Shown here piece after piece: positions 10,240-19,686 of a DNA stretch of 64,000 nucleotides. Location: positions 1 to 64,000 of the forward strand of contig CAWJMT010000014.1 in assembly GCA_963844035.1 (NCBI GenBank), in the 5' to 3' direction. Below the pieces are notes generated by a model that was not told the origin of the DNA, ran no database searches, and was given only the letters and a program-made list of their open reading frames with translations. Position 1 is the stretch's first letter; each line of letters opens with the position of its first letter. Origin of the DNA: an uncultured Gemmatimonadales bacterium (GTDB lineage: Bacteria; Gemmatimonadota; Gemmatimonadetes; Gemmatimonadales; GWC2-71-9). The position numbers were made by a program, and so were the translations under genes.

Positions 10240-10893
10240 ATGTTTATCGGTCATTACGCCCTCGGCCTCGCGGCCAAGCGGATTGCTCCCCGCACCTCGC
10301 TCGGCACGCTGATCGCCGCACCCACCCTCGCCGATCTGTTGTGGCCCGTGTTCCTCCTGCTCGGATGGGAGCACGTGACGGTGGTGCCCGGCCCCAATCC
10401 CTTCCTTGTCCTCAATTTCGATTCCTATCCACTCTCCCACAGCCTGGCGACGCTCATTGGATGGGGGCTGCTGTTCGGCGCTCTCTATAGAATGCGCACC
10501 GGCTACGGACGGGGTGCGGCGATCGTGGTGCTCCTGGTCGTGAGCCACTGGGTCCTCGACTTCGTGACCCATCGCCCGGACCTGCCGCTCTATCCCGGCG
10601 GGGCGAAAGTGGGCATGGGACTGTGGAATTGGGTGTTAGGAACGATCGTGGTCGAAGGACTGATTTCGCTCGCGGGGCTGGTGATCTACCTCCGCGCGAC
10701 GCGCGCGCGTGACCGCATCGGCAGGTTCGGTCTTTGGGGATTTCTGTTGTTCTTGCTCCTCTCCTATGTCGCCGCCCTGTTCAACCCGCCGCCGCCCGAC
10801 ATCCGGCCCCTTGCGATAGGCGGGATTGTGTTTGGATGGCTTTTCGTAGCATGCGGCTGCATGGGTAGATCGGCACCGGGAGACGGACGCTAA
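10240..10893 (+). CDS. Membrane-bound metal-dependent hydrolase-like protein (C-terminus possibly frameshifted)
   Basis: MFIGH..., DLLWP, SHSL, SHWVLD; multiple hydrophobic helices. Confidence 0.7.
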   Translation: MFIGHYALGLAAKRIAPRTSLGTLIAAPTLADLLWPVFLLLGWEHVTVVPGPNPFLVLNFDSYPLSHSLATLIGWGLLFGALYRMRTGYGRGAAIVVLLVVSHWVLDFVTHRPDLPLYPGGAKVGMGLWNWVLGTIVVEGLISLAGLVIYLRATRARDRIGRFGLWGFLLFLLLSYVAALFNPPPPDIRPLAIGGIVFGWLFVACGCMGRSAPGDGR

Positions 10894-10975
10894 GACGCTA
10901 AGGCGCCAAGACGCTACGACGCTACGTTGTACGAGCGCGCTCTCTTATGACGTAGCGTCTCACCGTCTTAGCGTC
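10886..10975. repeat. GACGCTAA octamer tandem repeats forming a long palindrome
   Basis: Five units 10886-10925 (gacgctaa x2, ggcgccaa, gacgctac x2); three inverted units 10952-10975 (gtagcgtc, tcaccgtc, ttagcgtc). Confidence 0.8.
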
Positions 10976-12159
10976 TCCTCCAAAACGTCAATCACCTTCT
11001 CCATCTCCTCCACCGTATTGAAGAAGTGCGGCGATAGCCGGATCGCGCCTTCCCGCAGCGAGCACACGATGTGGGCGCGTTTGATGGCGTGATACGCTTC
11101 GGCGGCGTGCTCGGGAGCGAGACAGATGATCGCCGAGCGGTGCGCGTCGTCGCGGGGTGAAGTGACGCGCACGCCGTTCGCATCGGCCCATTCGAGCAGC
11201 GGCTCGTGCAGTGCCCGCGTGTGCTCCGCGATATCGCGCACGCCCAGATCACAGATCATCCCGACCGACGCCGTCAGGCCGCAGAAGTCCTGGTAGGGCA
11301 GCGTGGCCATCTCGAACCGGCGGGCGTCGGAGCGGAACGTCGGATTGTACTCGAGGAGGTGGGAGGAATCGTCGGTGCCCTCGAATGCCATCCAGCCCGC
11401 GACGACGGGTTCGAGCACGCGTACCAGCTCCTTGCGCACGTACACGAACCCCGAGCCCCAGGGCGAGAGCAGCCACTTGGGGCCGCCGCAAGCGAGGATG
11501 TCCACCGGGGTCTCGCGCACATCGAGCACCGAGTTGCCGATGCCCTGGATCGCGTCCACCACGAGAAAGCTGCCGTTGGCCCGGCACGCGGCGCCGAGCC
11601 GCGCGAGATCGCAGCGGTACCCGTTGGAGAATTGCACGAGCGAGATGGCGAGCACGCGCACGCGTGGGTCCGCCAGCCGTTCGATCAGATAGTCCTCGTC
11701 CGGCCAGCCTTCCTGTCCGCACGGCGCCAGCTCGACCTCGATCCCCTGTTTCTTGAGGAGCAACCAGGGGTACACGTTCTGGGGAAACTCGCGATCGGAG
11801 ATCAGCACCACGTCGCCGCGCTTCAGCGGCAGCGCGCGCGCCGCCATGTTCAGCCCGTATCCCGTGCAGGTCGTCAGCGCGATCTCGCCGGTCTCGGCGT
11901 TCAGCAGCCGCGCGACCACCTCGCGCGCGGCGTGCAAACCGGCCTGCAGGTCGCGGTCGGGAAGGAGATGGGGCGCCGTGCGCTTCGAATTGAACTCATC
12001 GAGGACCTGGCGGGTGCGCTCGGGGAGCGGCCCGAGGGACGCGTTGTTGAGGTAGACGGTGTCCGCCGTCCAGGGGAATTCAGCGGCCCGCAAGGCGCGA
12101 AAGCTGTCCCGCAGGGCGCGGAGCCGGGTGGGGTGGTAGGCGATCTCCGTCACAGTCAA
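10960..12159 (-). CDS. Aminotransferase class V / cysteine desulfurase-like PLP enzyme
   Basis: YLNNASLGP, VDAIQGIG, GGPKWLLSPWGSG, IRLSPHFFNT. Confidence 0.9.
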   Translation of the reverse strand: MTVTEIAYHPTRLRALRDSFRALRAAEFPWTADTVYLNNASLGPLPERTRQVLDEFNSKRTAPHLLPDRDLQAGLHAAREVVARLLNAETGEIALTTCTGYGLNMAARALPLKRGDVVLISDREFPQNVYPWLLLKKQGIEVELAPCGQEGWPDEDYLIERLADPRVRVLAISLVQFSNGYRCDLARLGAACRANGSFLVVDAIQGIGNSVLDVRETPVDILACGGPKWLLSPWGSGFVYVRKELVRVLEPVVAGWMAFEGTDDSSHLLEYNPTFRSDARRFEMATLPYQDFCGLTASVGMICDLGVRDIAEHTRALHEPLLEWADANGVRVTSPRDDAHRSAIICLAPEHAAEAYHAIKRAHIVCSLREGAIRLSPHFFNTVEEMEKVIDVLEETLRR

Positions 12160-12238
12160 TGCCGCATGAGTGGCGCAAGCATATGGGCAACGACTACGTT
12201 ACCCGAGGTCTCACCTTCCGGGCAAGCGGCCTAACGAC

Positions 12239-13321
12239 GTGAACTCGCAGACGCGCTTCAGCCTCGTCCTCGGCGGGGGCGGCATGAAGGGCCTCGCGCA
12301 CATCGGCGTCCTCGAGGCGCTGTCGGAGCGCGGGCTCAAGCCCACGCGGGTGGTCGGGTCGAGCGTCGGCGCCCTCGTCGGCGCCGCGTGGGCCGCCGGG
12401 CGCAGCCCGGAGGTGTTGCGCGAGCTCGCCACCAATCTGCGGCGCAAAGACATCTTCGTCGTGGCACACAGCGACATGGCGTTCAAGCGCATGCGCTCTC
12501 CCGCCCTGTTCCGCCGCGAGCCGCTGGACGAGCTGCTCCACGAGCTGGTCGGCGACGTCACTTTCCGGCAGCTCAAGCGCCCGCTGACCGTCAACACGGT
12601 CGACATCAACTCCGGTATGCAGGTCTTCTGGGGCCAGCCGGGGCTGGACGACGTCCGCGTCGCCGACGCGGTGTTCGCGTCCTGTGCGATGCCGGGATAC
12701 CTGCCGCCGCGGGAAATCCGCGGGCGCTTTTACTTCGACGGTGCCACGGTGGACAACTTGCCGGTGCGCACGGCCCGCACGGTCGACGTGGACCTGGTGA
12801 TCGCGGTGGACGTGTCGGCCTCGAGCGCGCTGCGCGAGGACAAGCAGGACGAAGGGTTTGCCGCGGTGTTTGGGCGCGCCACCGAGATCGCGATGCATTC
12901 GGCGCTGGAGCTACGGCTGCAGACCTGGACCACACCCCCGATCTACTTCCTGCACCCCAGAGTCGAGCACATCTCCCCGTTTTCTTTCGACGACCTGCGC
13001 GAGCTGGTGGAAGAAGGTTACCGGGATGCGATGGCCGCCCTGTCGCACCCGGCCGATTGGCCCGGGCCGGGCGACGAGGGCGTGTATCCCAAGCGGCGGC
13101 TGATCGTGCGCGTGGATCGCGACCGCTGCATCGGTTGCGGCGCCTGCCTGGTCCACGCGCCGCCCGGCCTGTTCGTGCTCGATGCGCATGGGAAAGCAGC
13201 TGTGACGCGGCCGGAGCAGGTATGGTCGCCCATCGACGGCGGAGTGATCCGCCACTGCCCCACCTACGCAATCAGCGCGCGGCCCATTGCCGTCCCCGAG
13301 GCTGCCGGCGCGACCGGGTAG
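12239..13321 (+). CDS. Patatin-like phospholipase fused to a C-terminal ferredoxin domain
   Basis: GGGGMKG, GSSVG (nucleophile), FDGATVDN; C-terminal VDRDRCIGCGAC...HCPTYAI. Confidence 0.88.
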   Translation: MNSQTRFSLVLGGGGMKGLAHIGVLEALSERGLKPTRVVGSSVGALVGAAWAAGRSPEVLRELATNLRRKDIFVVAHSDMAFKRMRSPALFRREPLDELLHELVGDVTFRQLKRPLTVNTVDINSGMQVFWGQPGLDDVRVADAVFASCAMPGYLPPREIRGRFYFDGATVDNLPVRTARTVDVDLVIAVDVSASSALREDKQDEGFAAVFGRATEIAMHSALELRLQTWTTPPIYFLHPRVEHISPFSFDDLRELVEEGYRDAMAALSHPADWPGPGDEGVYPKRRLIVRVDRDRCIGCGACLVHAPPGLFVLDAHGKAAVTRPEQVWSPIDGGVIRHCPTYAISARPIAVPEAAGATG

Positions 13322-13364
13322 CGCGTGGGTTCTGCGACGGCCATGTTGTATGGCTCGCGCCCCA

Positions 13365-14654
13365 ATGGCCACCACAAATCGCCTCGCAAAACAGATTCTG
13401 AGTCGCGTCCTCGCCGACCGCGACCACGACACGGTCGCGGGCCAGCTGGCGCCGCGGTTGCCGGCGACCGATCCGCTGCCGCCGTCGATCCCGGCAAAGG
13501 ACGACTACAGCCGCGAGGCGATGATGCTGCGGCGCGAGTTCCTCCGCTCGCGCGGGTTCGTCGTCCATCACCTCGCCGGTGAGGGCGACGGGATCGATCC
13601 GGCAAGCCTCACCGGGAATACCGAGTCGCTCGTCGGCTTCGCGCAAGTTCCCGTCGGCGTCATGGGTCCGCTCCGCATCAACGGTTCCGCCGCCCACGGG
13701 GACTTCTACGTCCCGCTGGCCACGACCGAGGGGGCACTCGTCGCGTCCTTCCAGCGCGGCGCGCGCCTCATCAGCGAATCCGGGGGCGCCACCGCGCTGT
13801 GTCTCACGGAGGCGGTCACGCGCGGACCGGCATTCGTCTTCAACACGACCATCGAGTCCGGCCGCTTTCTCGCGCATGTGCTCGACAGCGCCGACGACAT
13901 TGGCCGCGCGGTCGAGAGCAGCTCGCGGTATGCCAAGCTGCTCGACCTCACCCCGTCGCTCGTCGGCAAGGAAGTCTTCATTCTCTTCCAGTTCTCGACG
14001 GGAGACGCAGCGGGTCAGAACATGGTGACGCTGGCGACGGAAGCGATCTGCCGGCAGCTGATCGAAGGATCGCCGGTCAAACCGGTCAGCTGGTTCGTCG
14101 AAGGAAACCTCTCGGGCGACAAGAAGGCGACGCACCTCGCGTTTCAGATGACGCGTGGCAAGCGCGTCGTCTCCGAAGCGATCGTGCCCGCCGCGCTGGT
14201 GCAGAAGGTCCTGCATACGACACCGCAGCAGATCAAGCGCTACTGGGAAGTCGCGTTGCTCGGCGGCCTGCAGAGCGGCTCGATCGGCATACAGGGTCAC
14301 GTTGCCAACGGCATCACCGCGCTCTTCCTCGCGTGTGGTCAGGACGTGGCGTGCGTCTCCGAGGCCGCGGTCGGGCTCCTGCGCTTCGACGTCACCGATG
14401 CGGGAGACCTGTATATCTCGCTCACGCTGCCGACCGTCATGGTCGGCACCGTCGGCGGAGGGACCCACCTGCCGACGGCGCGCGAGTGCCTGGAGATGCT
14501 CGGCTGCTACGGCGCCGGGCACGCGAGGAAGTTCGCCGAGATTTGCGGCGCCACCGCGCTCGCGGGCGAGCTGTCGATCGCGGGTGCGCTCGCCGCGGGG
14601 GAGTTCAGCGCGGCCCACGCGACGTTCGGCAGGGCGGGACCAAAGCCGGCTTGA
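13365..14654 (+). CDS. Class I hydroxymethylglutaryl-CoA reductase-like protein
   Basis: ESLVGFAQVPVG, PLATTEGALVAS, TGDAAGQNMV, GNLSGDKK, ACGQD, VGTVGGGT, LAGELS, C-terminal His (AAHATFGR); alternative start at 13350. Confidence 0.9.
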   Translation: MATTNRLAKQILSRVLADRDHDTVAGQLAPRLPATDPLPPSIPAKDDYSREAMMLRREFLRSRGFVVHHLAGEGDGIDPASLTGNTESLVGFAQVPVGVMGPLRINGSAAHGDFYVPLATTEGALVASFQRGARLISESGGATALCLTEAVTRGPAFVFNTTIESGRFLAHVLDSADDIGRAVESSSRYAKLLDLTPSLVGKEVFILFQFSTGDAAGQNMVTLATEAICRQLIEGSPVKPVSWFVEGNLSGDKKATHLAFQMTRGKRVVSEAIVPAALVQKVLHTTPQQIKRYWEVALLGGLQSGSIGIQGHVANGITALFLACGQDVACVSEAAVGLLRFDVTDAGDLYISLTLPTVMVGTVGGGTHLPTARECLEMLGCYGAGHARKFAEICGATALAGELSIAGALAAGEFSAAHATFGRAGPKPA

Positions 14655-15742
14655 CGCCCGACGGCATCGAACAGCGCGCGCGGTTCGATTATGTCCGCTA
14701 CGCGAACTGCTGGGAAGATGCGGACGTCCTCTGTCAGGCGCTCGAGCCCGGGCCCGGAAAGCGTATTCTCTCGATCGCCTCCGGCGGCGATAACAGCTTC
14801 GCGCTCGCCGCTGACGGCGCCAGCGTCGTCGCGGTCGACGTGAGCGACGCGCAGCTCGCGATGGTCGAATTGAAGCGCGCCGCCATTCGCCAGCTCGAGT
14901 ACGACGCCCTGCTCGCGTTCCTCGGGCTTCGTCCGAGCGCCGAGCGCACGCACGCGTATGCGAAGCTCGCACCGTCCCTGCCGCCAGGCGCGCGGGGGTT
15001 TTGGGACGCGCATCCCCGCGACATCCAAGACGGGATCGCACACGCGGGGAAGTTCGAACGGTACTTCGCGACGTTCCGGCGGAGGATCGTGCCGCTCTTC
15101 CACACCCGTGGGACCGTCGCGCAATTGCTGGCGGAGAAACCACTCGCCGAGCGGCGCACCTTCTACGATCGTACGTGGAACAACTTCCGCTGGCGCCTGA
15201 TGTTCAAGGTCTTCTTCAGCCGACGCGTCATGGGTCTCTTGGGCCGCGACCCGGAGTTCTTTCGCTATGTTGAAGGCAGCGTCGCCGACCGGATTCTGCA
15301 GCGCGCCGAGTACGCCTTCACGGTGCTGCCCACGCACACGAATCCGTACCTCAACTTCATTTTCACCGGCAGCTTCGGCCGGACGCTGCCGCGCTACCTG
15401 GATCGCGAACGCTTCGGCGCGTTGCGCGCAGGGATGGACCGCATCGAGCTGGTGCGCGGATCCGCGGAAGCGGTCGCCGCGACCCACGGACCCTTTGACG
15501 GGTTCAACCTGTCGGACATCTTCGAGTATCTCGATCCGCCCACCTGTGCCGCGATCTACGGCTCCCTGCTCGCGTCGTCACGCCCGCACGCGCGTCTCGC
15601 GTACTGGAACATGCTCGTCCCGCGACGCCGGCCGGAGGAGTTCGTGGCACGCGTGCAATCGCTCGATGCACGCGCCGACGCGCTGCTCGCGGTCGACCGC
15701 GCATTCTTCTATCGCGCGTTCGTCCTGGAGGAAGTGATGTGA
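14651..15742 (+). CDS. DUF3419 / BtaA-like SAM-dependent (3-amino-3-carboxypropyl transferase-like) protein
   Basis: TTG overlapping the HMGR stop; RYANCWED, LSIASGGDN, GKFERYF, NPYL, NLSDIFEY, AYWN. Confidence 0.8.
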   Translation: MTPDGIEQRARFDYVRYANCWEDADVLCQALEPGPGKRILSIASGGDNSFALAADGASVVAVDVSDAQLAMVELKRAAIRQLEYDALLAFLGLRPSAERTHAYAKLAPSLPPGARGFWDAHPRDIQDGIAHAGKFERYFATFRRRIVPLFHTRGTVAQLLAEKPLAERRTFYDRTWNNFRWRLMFKVFFSRRVMGLLGRDPEFFRYVEGSVADRILQRAEYAFTVLPTHTNPYLNFIFTGSFGRTLPRYLDRERFGALRAGMDRIELVRGSAEAVAATHGPFDGFNLSDIFEYLDPPTCAAIYGSLLASSRPHARLAYWNMLVPRRRPEEFVARVQSLDARADALLAVDRAFFYRAFVLEEVM

Positions 15743-17074
15743 CCTGGCGGGACGACCTCGCGGGCGCGGCCCTCATTGCCGCGGTGCTCGCCATCGTGCT
15801 CATCCTGGCGGAGCTATGGGCTCGGGCGTGGCATGGCAAGCCGGAGCACACGCGCAAGCTGGTCCACCTGGGCGGCAGCGCGATCGGCGTGTTCCTGCCG
15901 CTGCTGGTGCACTCCGTCGCGGTGGCGTTTGTGCTGACGGGCTCGCTCTCGCTGCTGTTCTTCGCGGCGTCGCGCGGCAAGTGGCTCCGCAGCGTCGGCG
16001 CAATCGAGCGGTCGAGCCGCGGGAGCGAGTACTACCCGCTCGCGGTGTTTCTCGTGTTCGTGCTCGCCGAGGACGACTACTGGCGCTATCTGAGCTCGCT
16101 CCTGGTCCTGGGCGTCGCCGACGCGGGCGCCGCGCTCGTCGGCGGGGAATACGGGCGCACTCGCTATGAGGTGGACGACGAGAGCAAGAGCGTCGAGGGC
16201 TCGCTGGTCTTTCTGGTCGTCGCGTTTCTGGCGATCCAGCTGCCGATGCTCCTGCTGACCGATCTGCCCCGCCCCGACCGTCGTGCTCGCGTCGCTCCTG
16301 GTGGCGGTGGTCGTCACAGGTTTCGAGGCGGTATCGCTGCGCGGGGCGGACAACCTCTTCGTGCCAATCGCCGCGTGCGTGATTCTGGGCAAGATCACGG
16401 CGAAGCCGGTGGAGGAGATCGTGTTTCAGAACGTCAGCCTCATCGCACTCTGCACCGTGATCGGGGTCGGCGCGCGACACTTTCCGGGACTCAACGTCGG
16501 CGCCACAATTGCCGTCACGCTCTTCACGTACGGTCTGTGGTCGCTGGGGTCGCCGGTGTGGGCGCTGCCGGTGCTGATCGCCCTCGTGGCCATCGTGACC
16601 GCGCGCACCGAGCCATTCTCAGGTCGAGCAATCGGCGTGCGACCCGTCGTGCGCGCGATTGTGCCGTTGTTTGCGATCCTCATCATCGCGAACACGTATG
16701 ACGCAGTGGACTTCTGGTACGCTCCCTATCTCGGCGCAGTGGCGGCGATGACGGCGATCGGGGTCGTCCACACAGGCGGTCAATGCACGCGGTCGCGCCT
16801 GCTCTCGTTGGGAGCGTGCGCAGCGATCGTCCTCATTCCCGCAGGTCTAGTGGTTTCGGCGCCGGCGTCGTCGCTTGTGGCGTTGGTCGCCGTGGCCGTG
16901 CTGGGGGGCGCCAGTGCCCTCGCGCTGAGAGCGCGCTACCCGTCCGCTGCGCGGCTGGGTAACGCGATCCCGGCGCTCGTCGCCATCGGGGCCGCTGGGA
17001 TAGTCGCCCTCCTGGAATACCAGCGCACGATCCCGCCATGGATCATCGGGTTCGGTTTCCTCACGCGCCACTGA
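15739..17074 (+). CDS. Phytol/dolichol kinase-like membrane protein (CTP-transferase family) with C-terminal TM extension; frameshift near ~16275
   Basis: EHTRKLVH, GVADAGAALVG, KSVEGS, GADNLFVP across ORFs 15739..16701 and 16283..17074. Confidence 0.8.
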
Positions 17075-19686
17075 TCTCGATCGTGCCGGTCGAGCCGTCC
17101 ATCGAGACGGTTTGGCCCGTCTTGAGGGTGGTGGTGAGGCCGGGGATGCCGACGATCGTGGGAATGCCCATCTCGCGCGCGACGATGGCGGAGTGTGACA
17201 GAATGCTTCCCCGCTCGATCAGGAGTCCCGATACGGACGGATAGAGCGGGACCCACCCCGGGTCCGTCCGGCCGGCGACGAGGATCTCGCCCGCGAGCTG
17301 CGCGTCGTCGGACGGCGTCAGGATCACCTTCACGCGATTGGTGACCTTGCCGGGCGAGCACGGAATTCCCCGCAGCACGCCATCCACCGGTACGACCGCC
17401 GCCGCACTCCGGCCTTTGAACCGGTTGCGGCTGTGCACCATGCCGAAGGTCTCGAACCGGTCGTCGGGCTCGGGCGCTGCCGCGCTGCGGTACCCGTCAA
17501 ACTCGGCGCGCCGGAGCGACACCAGATCGCTCACCCGCGCGGTCACCGCGGTGCCCTTGATGAAGTCGAAGATCTCGTCGAGCGTGAGATAGAACACGTC
17601 GTCGCGCTGCTCGAGCGCGCCGGCCTGCACCAGGTGGGTGCCGAGCGATCGCACCAGCTCTCGCACGAGGCCGAAGATGCGCGTCCGGGCGAAGCGCATG
17701 TTCTCGCGGTTCTTCACGCCGAGTCGCGCGTTCTTCAACACGCGCTGAAACACGCGCCGCTTCCACCAGGACGGCAGCGCCGCTCTGGCTCGCGCTTCCG
17801 CGGCGGAGCGGATACCGGCTTCCCGGGACGTGATCGCGGCAGGATCCGCGCCCCCCTGCGATGTCACGTAATTCCGAATCACCTGGTAGGCGAAATCGGG
17901 CCGGTCGCGCAGCGTCGGCTCTTCGAGCTTCAGCTCGTTCATGCAGCGAAAGCCGTACTCGTCGAGATAGTGCGCGAACGCCGCGCGAAACGTGCTGAAT
18001 CGCGGGTCGGTGGTGGTGAGCCGGCCGATCTGCTCGAGCGGCGCGCTCGCGAACAGCGCTGCCAGCTCGGGGTCGGCGCGCACGTCGCGGGCAAGATCCA
18101 TCAGGCGGAACGTCGGCTCGGTGCTGCGAATGCCGCCCTCGCCACAAATGAGATCGTTCTGCAACGACCCGCGTCGGGTCCCCGCACCACGAGGCGCACA
18201 GCTTCTTGAGCACGCCGTAGTGCATCATCACGAACAGATCGTTGATGATCGGCGCGCGCCACTGTTCGAGGATCTCCCGTTCGATGTCCGCATACAGCGC
18301 CATGAGCTCGTGGGGACGCAGCTCGGCGAAGTCCATCGCTGCCCAGCGGCGATAGTGCAACTCGAAATGCTTTTCGAAGCGTGACACGCGAGCGCGGATG
18401 CGGACGAAGTTCCAGGTCGAGCGGCCCAGGAGCCGCAGCAGCGCGGGCAGCTCGACGAAATACCGCCGCAGCGCCGAGGCGGGGACGGACGCTCCGGCTG
18501 ATACGACTCCTTCACCCCCATCATCGATTCCATGAACTGCCGGTTGTACTCGAAACCCGGGAACAGCCGCAGCAACAGGTACCAGCTCCGCAGGTTGTAG
18601 TAGACGCGCCCGCGGATGAGCCCCAGCATGTTCTGATAGAGCGGTTCGCTCTGCCGGATCGTGCCGGGGGCGATGCCCATCACTTCGGAGAAGCAGCGAT
18701 ACACCGTGGCGTAGGAACGCCGGATGACGCTGAACGTCAGCGGCGACGTCACGCCCGAGAAACTCTCGATGATGTTTGAGTTGTCCCACAGCAGGCCGTA
18801 CCCCGCCGCTGGTCCGTACTCCTCGATGGTGGTGATCGGGCGCGTTTGGAGAATCGCCAGCTCCCCGCCGCGATCGATCGCGAACTCGATGTCCTGGGGC
18901 GCTCCGTACGCCTCCTCGATCCGCCGCGCCGTCTCGCTCAGCAGCCGGATCTGGGAGTCGGTGAGGCTCGCCTTCTCTCGGGAGTCCGCCGGCACCGGTT
19001 CCCGCGTCACACCCCCCTGCTTCGCGCGATCGAACACGAAACGCTCGCTCTTGTCCGCCACGACCGGCTCGATCTTCCCCGTCTGTTTGTCGACGGTGAA
19101 CAGATCCGCGTCGAGACCGCCGCTCACCAGCCCTTCGCCCAGCCCGTACAGCGAGCTGATGACAATGCGGCGGGTGTCGCCCGTGGTTGGTTCGGCCGTG
19201 AACACCACGCCACTCACCTCGGCGTCGATCATCTCCTGCACAACCACCGCCATCTCCACGCCATCCAGCGGGAGGTGACGCGACTTCCGGTACGCCACGG
19301 CACGCTCGGCGAACGCGGACGCCCACACCCGCCGGATCGCGTCATAGAGCGCGTCGCGTCCTCGCACGTAGAGGTAGACTCTCGTGAATGCCGGCGAACG
19401 ACTCACCGGTGGCGTCTTCACCGACCGCGGACGACCGGACCGCGACGAACGGGTCGCCCGGCAGGAAGTCGCTGTGGGCCTGCTCGATCGCGTCGCGCAG
19501 GGCCGGCGCCAGCGCCTCGCCCGCGGCGTGGGATCGCGACTGGTGAAACGCCGCCGCGGTAATCACATAGAAGGGGGGCACCCGACACCCAAGCCGCCGC
19601 AGCCGATCGAGATTCGCGGCCTTGCCTCCCACGATCGCCGGATCCGCCTTGCTGGAGTCACCGCACCGCCAGACCAGGGCGCTCAT
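17061..19686 (-). CDS. PEP synthase-like / rifampin phosphotransferase-architecture kinase (ATP-grasp + central domain + phospho-His swivel); about 3 frameshifts
   Basis: VGGKAANL, AVRSSAVGED..SFAG, VVQEMIDAEVSGVVFT, GLGEGLVSG, PQDIEF, LQTRPIT, WDNSNIIES, TDPGW, GSILSHSAIVAREMGIP. Confidence 0.85.

Noticed and set aside
10886..10975. Repeat tracts as CRISPR arrays
   Set aside because: Units are 7-10 bp and contiguous, with no unique spacers and no cas genes
13799..14650. Long N-terminal extension of the DUF3419 ORF
   Set aside because: Arg-rich shadow frame overlapping HMGR; the real start is the TTG at 14651
17061..19686. Rifampin resistance gene (rph) or true PEP synthase
   Set aside because: Shares only the architecture; there is no pyruvate-binding barrel and the biosynthetic operon context argues against either specific call
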